DNA from: a virus
Strand: one strand, 5' to 3'
Length of the DNA stretch: 64,000 bases
Virus record (IMG/VR): IMGVR_UViG_3300028394_000055
Span: 1-64,000 of that record
The notes below the pieces were generated by a model. That model was not told the origin of the DNA. It searched no databases and saw only the letters and a list, made by a program, of their open reading frames with translations. The position numbers and the translations under genes were made by a program. Below, piece after piece: positions 48,950 to 56,968 of the stretch; the stretch's first letter is position 1; each line of letters begins with the position of its first letter.

Positions 48950-49305
48950 ACAGCCGCCTTGGCAAAGTAGCGATAGGGCAAGCCAACCAGGTAGCAGAGG
49001 AACTCGTCGTCCCCATTCGAACCTTCTGCCTCGTGGATCCAACGCAGGGCCATCTCACGGTCCTTAGCACCGCAGGCCATTACGGATTGGATCCGCATCT
49101 CAAAGGCGTGTGCGGCTTTTTCCTCTGCGGCCTTACGCAGGAGTTCATTGTCAGCGATGATGACCTGCAGACGATCCAAGTCTGCTTCAATCTCTGCTTC
49201 AGTGCAGAGGTCCAAGCGGATGTGACGTGGGCGGAAGCCGTGTGCGTCCTTGTACATATCCCAGAAGATGCTCTGTAGTTCTTCCATGCGGGTCATTGTT
49301 TCCAT
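48946..49305 (-). CDS. Hypothetical early protein (DMYKDAHGFRPR motif)
   Basis: Start moved to the ATG after GGAG RBS; own promoter. Confidence 0.75.
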   Translation of the reverse strand: METMTRMEELQSIFWDMYKDAHGFRPRHIRLDLCTEAEIEADLDRLQVIIADNELLRKAAEEKAAHAFEMRIQSVMACGAKDREMALRWIHEAEGSNGDDEFLCYLVGLPYRYFAKAAV

Positions 49306-49378
49306 AGTGTGCTCCAGTGTGTTGCTGTTCATGTGTGTATTATAGCAGGAAACAATGCCCTTGTCAACCAAAGGGTCT

Positions 49379-49612
49379 TTACAGATTCTCACCAGAGACC
49401 GTATCAATGGCACCAGTGTAGACAGCAACGACGCCGTTGCCTTCCTCAAGCCAGCCATTTATGTTCCAGACGTCACGATGTCGATTGTAGGATTCCACCC
49501 ACATGAGTGCATCCTCACGGGTGTCGAACTCTTCCTCTCCGAGCACCTTGTGATCATTCACATGACCGGCATAGATAGGGTAGATTTGAACATTGTGTAC
49601 GATTGCCATCAT
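49379..49612 (-). CDS. Hypothetical early protein downstream of the structured RNA
   Basis: GGAG RBS abuts the 3' arm of the ncRNA stem. Confidence 0.65.
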   Translation of the reverse strand: MMAIVHNVQIYPIYAGHVNDHKVLGEEEFDTREDALMWVESYNRHRDVWNINGWLEEGNGVVAVYTGAIDTVSGENL

Positions 49613-49618
49613 GTGCTC

Positions 49619-49830
49619 CAGTTAGGAAAAAGTTAGAGGAACTTTGCTGATCAATTCTGAGCTAGCTACTCTCAGATCAATCGCCGTCATTACTGCCTGC
49701 CTATTTCGTCTGCTTCTCCTTGCGGATTGCCATCTTGTAAGTGGAGGAGTAGCCTGCTAAGGCGGGGCTCAAACCCATAATCCCATCACTCACCTAACGA
49801 TGCAGGTAACCTCTAACTCTTTCCTAACTG
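49619..49830 (-). ncRNA. Putative 212-nt structured RNA of unknown class
   Basis: 21-bp terminal inverted repeat with one G-U pair on the minus strand; internal hairpins; no ORF of 60 aa or more; directly behind a perfect sigma70 promoter. Confidence 0.7.
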
Positions 49831-49873
49831 TCTATGTGTGTATTATAACGCACATAGACAGCCTTGTCAACCT

Positions 49874-50137
49874 TTATTTGTCACTGCCCCAATCTTTTTT
49901 CTCACCAAACGATTCATTGTCGTTGAAGCCTGCGGTGTAGGCTGTGATCTCAGCGGCAGTCATGTTCTCCAAGTCCACACGAGGTGTGGTGCTTGTGGCA
50001 CCTTCAAAGTAGTGCGGATGATATCCACGACCGTAGTAACTGTCGGCACTGCCCCGATCATAGGGGCCACCATGCCGTGGGTCATAGTTAGGTTGGCTGG
50101 TGTGGTTACCAGCCACTGCGTCCATATATGAGGCCAT
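49874..50137 (-). CDS. Hypothetical early protein (HGGPYDRGSADSYY motif)
   Basis: AAGGAG RBS before MASYM. Confidence 0.75.
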   Translation of the reverse strand: MASYMDAVAGNHTSQPNYDPRHGGPYDRGSADSYYGRGYHPHYFEGATSTTPRVDLENMTAAEITAYTAGFNDNESFGEKKDWGSDK

Positions 50138-50147
50138 TGTCTGCTCC

Positions 50148-50348
50148 TTAGTAAGATTGGTGACTGTGACCAATGCGGTACATCACAGTGGGCACATTCT
50201 CTTCTGTGTCCGGTGTGTAAGGCTCTGGCAACATGATCGTTGCGAATTCGCCATAGCAGTAATAACCGCTTTCGGTCACTACCAACTCTGCGTCGCCGGG
50301 CAAACGGCTCAATGCCTCTATCATCGCTGCTACTGTTATTACTGTCAT
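50148..50348 (-). CDS. Hypothetical early protein
   Basis: Own promoter and AGGAG RBS. Confidence 0.7.
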   Translation of the reverse strand: MTVITVAAMIEALSRLPGDAELVVTESGYYCYGEFATIMLPEPYTPDTEENVPTVMYRIGHSHQSY

Positions 50349-50409
50349 CTTCTGCTCCTAGTGTGTGTTGCTGTCTATGTGTGTATTATAGCAGGATCCT
50401 AAGACCCTG

Positions 50410-50619
50410 TCAACCGGAAGTGTATTCTCTAACCCACTCAAATTGGCTAGCCACCGCAAGGGCCGGCACCCACTTGAACTCAGAGCGCTTGCCATACATC
50501 TTGTCAAAGTCCAAGCAGACCAAGACCCAACCTGGCTCAGGGCTGAAGCCCACGGTCTCTGCAGTCCGAACGATTTCAACGATCCTACCGTCTCTCATCT
50601 TTGCTACTTTGATCATCAT
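50410..50619 (-). CDS. Hypothetical early protein
   Basis: Start moved to MMIKV after AAGGAG; own promoter. Confidence 0.7.
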   Translation of the reverse strand: MMIKVAKMRDGRIVEIVRTAETVGFSPEPGWVLVCLDFDKMYGKRSEFKWVPALAVASQFEWVREYTSG

Positions 50620-50681
50620 GTGCTCCTTGCTGTCTATGTGTGTATTATAGCAGGTTTGGAGAACCCTGTCAACCTCTAAGG

Positions 50682-51032
50682 TTATCGGCAATCAATGTAA
50701 GCAGATTGGATCCATTGACCCCAAGGGTTACGAACCCAACCACGCTGTTCAAAGGGCATGGTTCCAGGAGGGCATTGAACGAACCCTTGCGGTGCTTGTG
50801 GTTGAACATAGACTTGGGGTTGTTGTTGAATTACAACAGGTTCCTGACGATTGGCATTAGCGATCGCTGCACCAAAGATGCCGCCGATGATCAAGGGCAC
50901 TAGGACGTCTCCGCCGGTCTGAACTCGCTCAACGATCACGGTGCGTGGCTGATGGCGGTATTCACGGTAGTAGTCTGCTTGAGCAGCACCGACTAAGGTT
51001 AATCCGATTGCAAGGGCGATGATCTGTTTCAT
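50682..51032 (-). CDS. Exported glycine-zipper-type protein
   Basis: Signal peptide (AQA), LIIGGIFGAAIA segment, Gln/Pro linker. Confidence 0.65.
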   Translation of the reverse strand: MKQIIALAIGLTLVGAAQADYYREYRHQPRTVIVERVQTGGDVLVPLIIGGIFGAAIANANRQEPVVIQQQPQVYVQPQAPQGFVQCPPGTMPFEQRGWVRNPWGQWIQSAYIDCR

Positions 51033-51107
51033 AGTGTTCTCCGTTGTATGCTATTATTATAGTCTCAAAGTATTTACCTGTCAACCTGTAGGGTCTTTCA
51101 AAAGAGG

Positions 51108-51210
51108 TTGACAACCATAGATGAACCCCGTACACTTTGGGCATACGGGGTTCTGGGGGTTTGCCCGGGACACTACCCCCGGGACTTTTGTCCAGTACGC
51201 GATGCTGGAC
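51108..51210 (+). promoter_or_regulatory. Divergent plus-strand sigma70 promoter with three hairpins
   Basis: TTGACA-17-TACACT at 51108-51136; stems GAACCCCGTA/TACGGGGTTC, CCCGGG/CCCGGG, GTCCAG/CTGGAC. Confidence 0.55.
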
Positions 51211-51223
51211 TTCGGAGCGTTCT

Positions 51224-51499
51224 TTAGACTAGGCCAAGAGCCATTGCCCGGTAACCGGCTGCGATCAACTTGCGTGAAGGCTGTCCGATTACGTATTCTT
51301 TAACTTCTACGTGATTACCAGCGACACGAGTGTTACCGTACACTGCAAAGCCAGCAGCACGGATGCGGCTAACTTCAGCACTGATGTTCTTGATACCGAA
51401 ACGCTTCTCTGCTTGGCTAGCGGTAACAGACTCTCCGGACTTCAATGCGCTGAATAGTTTGTGGGTCTTGGTGCCCTGGTTGATGTTATAAGTTGTCAT
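51224..51499 (-). CDS. Winged helix-turn-helix DNA-binding protein
   Basis: L..L.SGESVTASQAEKRFGIKNISAEVSRIR..GF.V pattern. Confidence 0.65.
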   Translation of the reverse strand: MTTYNINQGTKTHKLFSALKSGESVTASQAEKRFGIKNISAEVSRIRAAGFAVYGNTRVAGNHVEVKEYVIGQPSRKLIAAGYRAMALGLV

Positions 51500-51547
51500 T
51501 TGTTTTCCTTAATGTTATACTGTTCACACAGTTACAACAATATTACA

Positions 51548-51805
51548 TTAATCCTTGATCAATGTCAATGTCCTTTGGAACTTCTTGGCTGGTTTCTTTT
51601 TGCCAAACTCTTGATCAGTGTAGAACTCAATCAACCTACGCTGAATCATAGTCAGCAAGTCACCGTGCTCGTTGTCAATGATGAACCTAACAGGGCAATG
51701 AGCCCAAGACTTACGTGCTTGGAACTCTGCAAACCACTGTCGGTGTTGTTTGGATTGGGCGTCAAACACTACCCATTGTCTGCCATATAACGAAAGCCTA
51801 CTCAT
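51548..51805 (-). CDS. Hypothetical early protein
   Basis: AGGAG RBS. Confidence 0.7.
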   Translation of the reverse strand: MSRLSLYGRQWVVFDAQSKQHRQWFAEFQARKSWAHCPVRFIIDNEHGDLLTMIQRRLIEFYTDQEFGKKKPAKKFQRTLTLIKD

Positions 51806-51819
51806 TGTGTCTCCTAGTG

Positions 51820-51876
51820 TCTTAGTTAAACAGAGTACTCATTTTCTTCGATGCCCGGCACTCTGTTTAACTAAGA
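51820..51876 (-). promoter_or_regulatory. Long intergenic stem-loop (possible RNase III site)
   Basis: 17-bp perfect inverted repeat TCTTAGTTAAACAGAGT/ACTCTGTTTAACTAAGA. Confidence 0.6.
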
Positions 51877-51908
51877 GGGGCATATAGCCCCAATACCCCG
51901 CTATTAGA

Positions 51909-52298
51909 TTAGTAGGGTGCGTCTTCCATCTGGGCAACGATCGCTGCCTTGGAGACAGTGCTCTTAGGAGCGGCCTTGACCTTAGCCTTGATGGATTCCA
52001 TCGTAGGTTTGGCCTTAGCAGCCTTAGGAGCCTTGGCGGGCTTAACGGCACGCTTGTCTACAGCCTCGAACAATGCTGCTTCAACTTCGGCATTGGTAAC
52101 GCCGTTTTGAGTAGCGAAGTCAATGCTCATAAGATACGCAATGGCATCTTCTTTAGTCATTGGCTCTTTGAGCTCGATGATGTCAATGTCCTTGTGACCA
52201 TTCTTGGCCAAGACCTTGACGCGAAGAGCATCATTAGCGAAACGAACTTTGAACTCACCGTTGAGACGGGAAACACCTGCATGTGTAAAAACTGACAT
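51909..52298 (-). CDS. Hypothetical protein with Lys/Ala-rich (histone-like) tail
   Basis: KPAKAPKAAKAKP; start moved to MSVFTH after GAGG. Confidence 0.7.
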   Translation of the reverse strand: MSVFTHAGVSRLNGEFKVRFANDALRVKVLAKNGHKDIDIIELKEPMTKEDAIAYLMSIDFATQNGVTNAEVEAALFEAVDKRAVKPAKAPKAAKAKPTMESIKAKVKAAPKSTVSKAAIVAQMEDAPY

Positions 52299-52394
52299 AA
52301 TAAACCTCTTTCTCTGTGTGTAAAAATATGGATGCATAATTGCGTGTCCATATGTTAATTATACAACGGTTATGGTCCGTTGTCAACCATTATT

Positions 52395-52577
52395 TTAAGA
52401 ATTTATTGTTTCGAATGGGCTCAGCTCCTCCTGTGGCGTATCTGCCACAAAGTTGCTTTCGATCCAACCATATACAATCTCTATAGGGCACTCTAATTGA
52501 ACTGCAATGCTACGGGCACTGAACCCTGCAATGTACATCTGCTCAATGTCGTATGATAGTTCGCTCATCTTACTCAT
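52395..52577 (-). CDS. Small HTH-like protein
   Basis: GFSARSIAVQLECPIEIVYGW. Confidence 0.55.
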   Translation of the reverse strand: MSKMSELSYDIEQMYIAGFSARSIAVQLECPIEIVYGWIESNFVADTPQEELSPFETINS

Positions 52578-52782
52578 CGTAGGCCTCCTCGCCCATTTCG
52601 GTTACTGTTTCTTCAAACACCCGAACATCAACGATGCGGGCTGTTTGATCTTCATTGCTAACACCTTCAAAGGCATCTCGGAAACTTTGGCACTCTGCCA
52701 AGAAGTTGAAAACATCTTGTCGATCCCAAGTGCCCGGCACTTCCAATACCTGTACCAGTTCTGTGCGTACTGTGACTTTCAT
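52570..52782 (-). CDS. Hypothetical early protein
   Basis: ATGA overlap with upstream gene. Confidence 0.65.
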   Translation of the reverse strand: MKVTVRTELVQVLEVPGTWDRQDVFNFLAECQSFRDAFEGVSNEDQTARIVDVRVFEETVTEMGEEAYDE

Positions 52783-53246
52783 GCTGTTTCCTTTTCTAAT
52801 GCTTCTGTTAATAGTGTCAAACGCTTGCTCAAAGGCGTGCTTGTGTATGTGTCACCACAATACCAAACACCGTCCTTGATAATGTAGTAGTACTCAGCAC
52901 CACAGCCGTCTGCTTGCTCCAGGAACTCTTCGAAGGTGTGTGCTACTTGGAACTCAGTACCAGTCTCGCCGCGGTCACGTGCGTAGAACGTGCAGTAGCC
53001 TGCTTCTTTGGCTGCTTCGTATGCCAACTTGTCTAATTCGCTAGTGTGTGGGCTGAACGGATGTGCTTCACCAATTACCCGGCCCAACGAACTCATGTCG
53101 CCTAATGCTACAAGGTTGTTGGCTCGAGCACTGTCGTAATGCTCTTGGAGGATTGCTCCGTTGTGTGCGAGATAGCCATCCCAGTGGCAATAAACGCTTT
53201 TGACCTTGTCACCGTGCATGACTCCAATGCGTGATCGTGTTCCCAT
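52779..53246 (-). CDS. Hypothetical protein (MGTRSRIG...YCHWDGY motif)
   Basis: Own promoter and GGAG RBS. Confidence 0.8.
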   Translation of the reverse strand: MGTRSRIGVMHGDKVKSVYCHWDGYLAHNGAILQEHYDSARANNLVALGDMSSLGRVIGEAHPFSPHTSELDKLAYEAAKEAGYCTFYARDRGETGTEFQVAHTFEEFLEQADGCGAEYYYIIKDGVWYCGDTYTSTPLSKRLTLLTEALEKETA

Positions 53247-53309
53247 AGTGTGCTCCAGTTAGTGTGTGTAAGTGTATATTATAACAGGGTTCTTAGGCCC
53301 TGTCAACCA

Positions 53310-53519
53310 TTATTTGAAATAAACTACCAAATTCCGTGTAGCAGTCTTTACGAATGCACAGTTGCCATCTACCGTGTGCTTGGGGTTGTTCATTACTTTA
53401 TTGTATATAATTTTGACACTGCGAGCGCTTTGCTCGGGTGTAGTGTACTTGCCCTGGCACCCGCACATACAGCCGCGGTTGCCGCTATAAACTTCCTCTA
53501 CGTTGGCTAGTGTAAACAT
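53310..53519 (-). CDS. Hypothetical early protein (GCMCGC motif)
   Basis: Own promoter and AAGGAG RBS. Confidence 0.7.
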   Translation of the reverse strand: MFTLANVEEVYSGNRGCMCGCQGKYTTPEQSARSVKIIYNKVMNNPKHTVDGNCAFVKTATRNLVVYFK

Positions 53520-53604
53520 GAACGCTCCTTAGTGTGTAAGCATTAATTATAACAAGGTTTTACCACTTTGTCAACCAACCCTACACACCGTAGGGTCTTT
53601 GTTG

Positions 53605-53952
53605 TTAATCTACAACAACCAGTTGTCCGAACTTAGCAGTCCAACTCTTGAGGAACTTTGGACCCACATCACATGACACATAGTCATTGCCCTGCATACC
53701 CTGCTCGCTATAACTGACATCCAAGCCCAACTTGTGCTCGACTAGGAAGTTGGTCACATCTTCAAAGAACTGACCATCTGTGTAGATCAAACCGTCTTTG
53801 CGTGTATCCCAAGTCTCGGTGTTGAAGTAGATACGCAGTTCGCCAAAGTCTAGTTCGTCACTGACATAGCCCAACTGCATATCAACGATCTCTACAGCCT
53901 TTCGGGCTCGACTCCAGTAGCCATCGCCTTTGGTGTTGAAAATTACTGTCAT
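53605..53952 (-). CDS. Hypothetical early protein (YSEQGMQ motif)
   Basis: Own promoter and AAGGAG RBS. Confidence 0.75.
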   Translation of the reverse strand: MTVIFNTKGDGYWSRARKAVEIVDMQLGYVSDELDFGELRIYFNTETWDTRKDGLIYTDGQFFEDVTNFLVEHKLGLDVSYSEQGMQGNDYVSCDVGPKFLKSWTAKFGQLVVVD

Positions 53953-54052
53953 TGCTGCTCCTTAGTGTGTAAGCATGTATTATAGCACCAAATAGAAACC
54001 CTGTCAACCGTAGGGTTATTTGGTTAGGATCTTGACCATCCACTCAATTGCA

Positions 54053-54544
54053 TCACTCATTTTCGTTCTCCTCTTCTTGCTCTGCTTCGTACTCTGCTAC
54101 AGACTCGCTGATGCCAAAGGTCTCATCCAAGTCATCGGGTAGCAGGGCTTCGATCTCCTCGGCACTCATGTCACCATATTCATAGTAGTCATCATCACCG
54201 TTCTCCCACTTGCCGCAGAAGGCCATACCAGGTTCGTAGTAGTAGGCCAGTATCTTGAAGCCCTGCTCCATCAACTGCTCATAGGCACTAGTAGGGGGAG
54301 CCCAGGCACTATCAAAGTTGAACACAACACCATTGGCATCCTGCTCTACCATGTGAGCATCTTCACCGCCCACATCCCACTTGGTGCCCCAGTTCTGGAC
54401 ACACCAATTGTAGTCCCACTCACCGTTGGGGAATGGTACGAACTCTTGTAAGAACCTGCCTGCTTGATAGGCCGTCTTAGCCCGCTCAATCATAGCAGGG
54501 TCGTTGTGGCTGATGTTCAGCGTGTTATTGCACCAATTTGGCAT
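54053..54544 (-). CDS. DUF1281/YubB ferredoxin-like fold protein
   Basis: MPNWCNN, NWGTKWD, FDSAWAPP, YYEPGMAFCG. Confidence 0.75.
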   Translation of the reverse strand: MPNWCNNTLNISHNDPAMIERAKTAYQAGRFLQEFVPFPNGEWDYNWCVQNWGTKWDVGGEDAHMVEQDANGVVFNFDSAWAPPTSAYEQLMEQGFKILAYYYEPGMAFCGKWENGDDDYYEYGDMSAEEIEALLPDDLDETFGISESVAEYEAEQEEENENE

Positions 54545-54545
54545 G

Positions 54546-54818
54546 TTATTCTCCAGTGTAATATTCGTAAAAGGATTCTTTAACAGCGGGATCCAACCGG
54601 ATCAACTCTGTTACACATTGATTCAAGTAGTCCTGCTTCTTACGCAGTTCTACACCACGTACCTCGCCATCACAGGTCAAGTTCTCTGGGCTTAGGTCTG
54701 CATCCAACGATTGGGCAACCCGCCGGCGACCTGAGGCACTCTGCACCTCAAACTGCTCACCTTTGAAGATAGCGTTCCAACGGTTCTTCTGCTCTACATA
54801 GGCTGTCAATGCTTTCAT
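54546..54818 (-). CDS. Hypothetical early protein (LSPENLTCDGE motif)
   Basis: Own promoter and AAGGAG RBS. Confidence 0.75.
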   Translation of the reverse strand: MKALTAYVEQKNRWNAIFKGEQFEVQSASGRRRVAQSLDADLSPENLTCDGEVRGVELRKKQDYLNQCVTELIRLDPAVKESFYEYYTGE

Positions 54819-54876
54819 CTCTGCTCCTTAGTGTGTAAGTAAGTATTATAGCAGGGGATTGCTCCCCTGTCAACCA

Positions 54877-55161
54877 TTACATTGTGTGAAACAGTTCGCG
54901 ACTCGGGTCGTTGCAGGTTCCCTGGCACTCACGGCGGATCTCAACTTCCTTACCAGTCAAACAGTTCTTCACAGTCACAAGCTGGCGACCGTTGAATGCG
55001 GCAACCTGCTTGACGAACTCTTTCTGCTTGCGTTTGGGCAATAGGCGCAACATCTCCTGCGCCATCTGGTTGGTGTAGCCTGCTGTGAATGCGGCACCTT
55101 GCTCGCTGAACATGAGGTTCAGTTCTTCTTTGAGTGCAGTTTGATTGTCTGTGGTAAACAT
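54877..55161 (-). CDS. Hypothetical early protein
   Basis: Own promoter and AAGGAG RBS. Confidence 0.7.
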   Translation of the reverse strand: MFTTDNQTALKEELNLMFSEQGAAFTAGYTNQMAQEMLRLLPKRKQKEFVKQVAAFNGRQLVTVKNCLTGKEVEIRRECQGTCNDPSRELFHTM

Positions 55162-55212
55162 GAGTGCTCCTTAGTGTGTAAGCAGTAATTATAACAAGGT
55201 TTTACCAGTCTG

Positions 55213-55461
55213 TCAAGCCAGTGCTCGGAATAACCCTACAGCCATTGTGGCTAATGCTGCAACGTTAACTGCCATCTGTGGCTTATTTGCCACACGTATG
55301 GTCCATGTCAAGAACAATATAGTTCCCACAGCAAAGGCCGCAATGTTCCAAACGTCCTTATGATAGGCACTGCCCATGGTGTTGAGTACGTGCCCTGCTG
55401 TGATAAAGAACGCCCCTGTCCATTGTAGTACTTCGTCTTTGTTAATATTAAGCACAGGCAT
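55213..55461 (-). CDS. Small multi-TM membrane protein
   Basis: Three hydrophobic helices; its stop codon lies in the next -35 box. Confidence 0.65.
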   Translation of the reverse strand: MPVLNINKDEVLQWTGAFFITAGHVLNTMGSAYHKDVWNIAAFAVGTILFLTWTIRVANKPQMAVNVAALATMAVGLFRALA

Positions 55462-55822
55462 TCTCTCGGTCAACCTGATCGCTTAACTCAGCAAACTTCT
55501 TGCTCATACGATATACTTGACTCTTAGCCTCAGTCATAGCCTCAGCAATGAAGTCCTCGGCAGTCCCGTCAGTAAGCACCTCACGGGCATCTTCGTATAA
55601 GCATCCGCCCAAATAGGCACTGCCAAGTTCGAGCCCTTCGACGAGTACACGTACCCGCAACATGAACCATTCGTAGGTCCCGTTGTCAATCTTACGGAGG
55701 ATCTCGTCCATGTCGTCTGATTCGAAGTGATCCCTGGGGTTAAAGTCTTCATAGGTCTTATCCACAATAACGGTGTAGCCGTCACGTTCAAACTCAGCGA
55801 TTGTGTCGTAATATTGTGTCAT
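55448..55822 (-). CDS. Hypothetical early protein (YLGGCLY motif)
   Basis: TAATG overlap. Confidence 0.7.
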   Translation of the reverse strand: MTQYYDTIAEFERDGYTVIVDKTYEDFNPRDHFESDDMDEILRKIDNGTYEWFMLRVRVLVEGLELGSAYLGGCLYEDAREVLTDGTAEDFIAEAMTEAKSQVYRMSKKFAELSDQVDRENACA

Positions 55823-56109
55823 TATGCCAATTCCTTTTCAACGATGGTGAGCATGTTAGCAGGCACTCTCCACATGCCAGTGGTTGTGCATACTGTGACA
55901 AACTTGATAGCGATCTTCATCACGGTGCCCTGCATAGTGCGGCCTGTCTTAGAACTAGTGAAACTGACCTCGTCGCCGTAGCGTAGGCTTCGTTTGGTGT
56001 TTTCACGCAGGCGTGCTTGTGCAAAGCGGACAGCGTCCACAATGCTAACCAGTTGAGCGTTGGTAAAGCCACCCTGCAGGATCTCAGTGTTAATCTGCGT
56101 AATATTCAT
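55822..56109 (-). CDS. Hypothetical early protein (SH3-like C-terminus)
   Basis: GDEVSF...G.V.KI..K.V.V....G.WRVP; own promoter. Confidence 0.7.
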   Translation of the reverse strand: MNITQINTEILQGGFTNAQLVSIVDAVRFAQARLRENTKRSLRYGDEVSFTSSKTGRTMQGTVMKIAIKFVTVCTTTGMWRVPANMLTIVEKELA

Positions 56110-56161
56110 CTCATGCTCCTTAGTGTGTAAGTAAGTATTATAACGCCGTTAGGCACTCTTG

Positions 56162-56401
56162 TCAACCTAAAACTATCACGCGGCGAGCACCTTCGAAGTC
56201 GCCTTCTTCTTCGTACATCTCGTCCTCGTCTAAGAGCCGGTCCATACGGTGATATTCACTGTACTTGACCATGCCCTCTAATACGCTGCCTACTTTGGGG
56301 GCAACCTCTGTGCGCCAGTGATCGCCATAGTTATAACTGAAGTGAACTTCAGCATTGGGATCTAAATCCATCAATTGCTCGATTAGTTGAAAGACTTGCA
56401 T
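56162..56401 (-). CDS. Hypothetical early protein
   Basis: Own promoter and AAGGAG RBS. Confidence 0.7.
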   Translation of the reverse strand: MQVFQLIEQLMDLDPNAEVHFSYNYGDHWRTEVAPKVGSVLEGMVKYSEYHRMDRLLDEDEMYEEEGDFEGARRVIVLG

Positions 56402-56481
56402 CTCATGCTCCTTAGTGTGTAAGCGTTAATTATACAATGGTTTTACCACTAGGTCAACCAAAGACCCTACAATGCCTAGGG

Positions 56482-56697
56482 TTAATACTTGACCACGCGA
56501 TCCACTTGTGTCAAGTAAGCCCATGAGTCATCGTAGTCAATGCCCGGGAGTCCATTCTTGATATCCTCATCTACGCCCGTTACAGTAACAGTCTTTGGGC
56601 TACCCGTGCCAAAGTTATCACGCACACGCACGATGGATCCCTCGCGAATGTCGCTGAGCATGACTCGCTTGAGAACTGTTGAGTATTGTGTAAACAT
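56482..56697 (-). CDS. Hypothetical early protein
   Basis: AAGGAG RBS. Confidence 0.7.
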   Translation of the reverse strand: MFTQYSTVLKRVMLSDIREGSIVRVRDNFGTGSPKTVTVTGVDEDIKNGLPGIDYDDSWAYLTQVDRVVKY

Positions 56698-56708
56698 AAG
56701 TGCTCCTT

Positions 56709-56921
56709 TTAGCAGTCAGCGTCAAAGTCTGCCCACTCTTGGGCTTCATCGGGCTGACCGTCATCATCTTCTTCTTCGAAGCGCTCGCTCAACTCGTTGG
56801 CATCCAGCAGGTCTTCAACTTCGCTTTCGCTCATGAAACCCATGCACATGTCAACCACTTGCTCATGAGTGATCATACCCTGATCTAGCAAGTCGTATAG
56901 TCTCTCTCTGGCTTTAGTCAT
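56709..56921 (-). CDS. Highly acidic small protein
   Basis: Start moved to MTKARE after AAGGAG; tail DDGQPDEAQEWADFDADC. Confidence 0.7.
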   Translation of the reverse strand: MTKARERLYDLLDQGMITHEQVVDMCMGFMSESEVEDLLDANELSERFEEEDDDGQPDEAQEWADFDADC

Positions 56922-56968
56922 CTCATGCTCCTTAGTGTCTATGCGTGTATTATAGCGGACATCCGCCA

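Noticed and set aside
49619-49830. Definite retron ncRNA, hammerhead ribozyme or c-di-GMP riboswitch
   Set aside because: There is no reverse transcriptase in the window, the hammerhead CUGANGA/GAAA core is not properly arranged, and the resemblance to c-di-GMP-I is only partial. Left unclassified.
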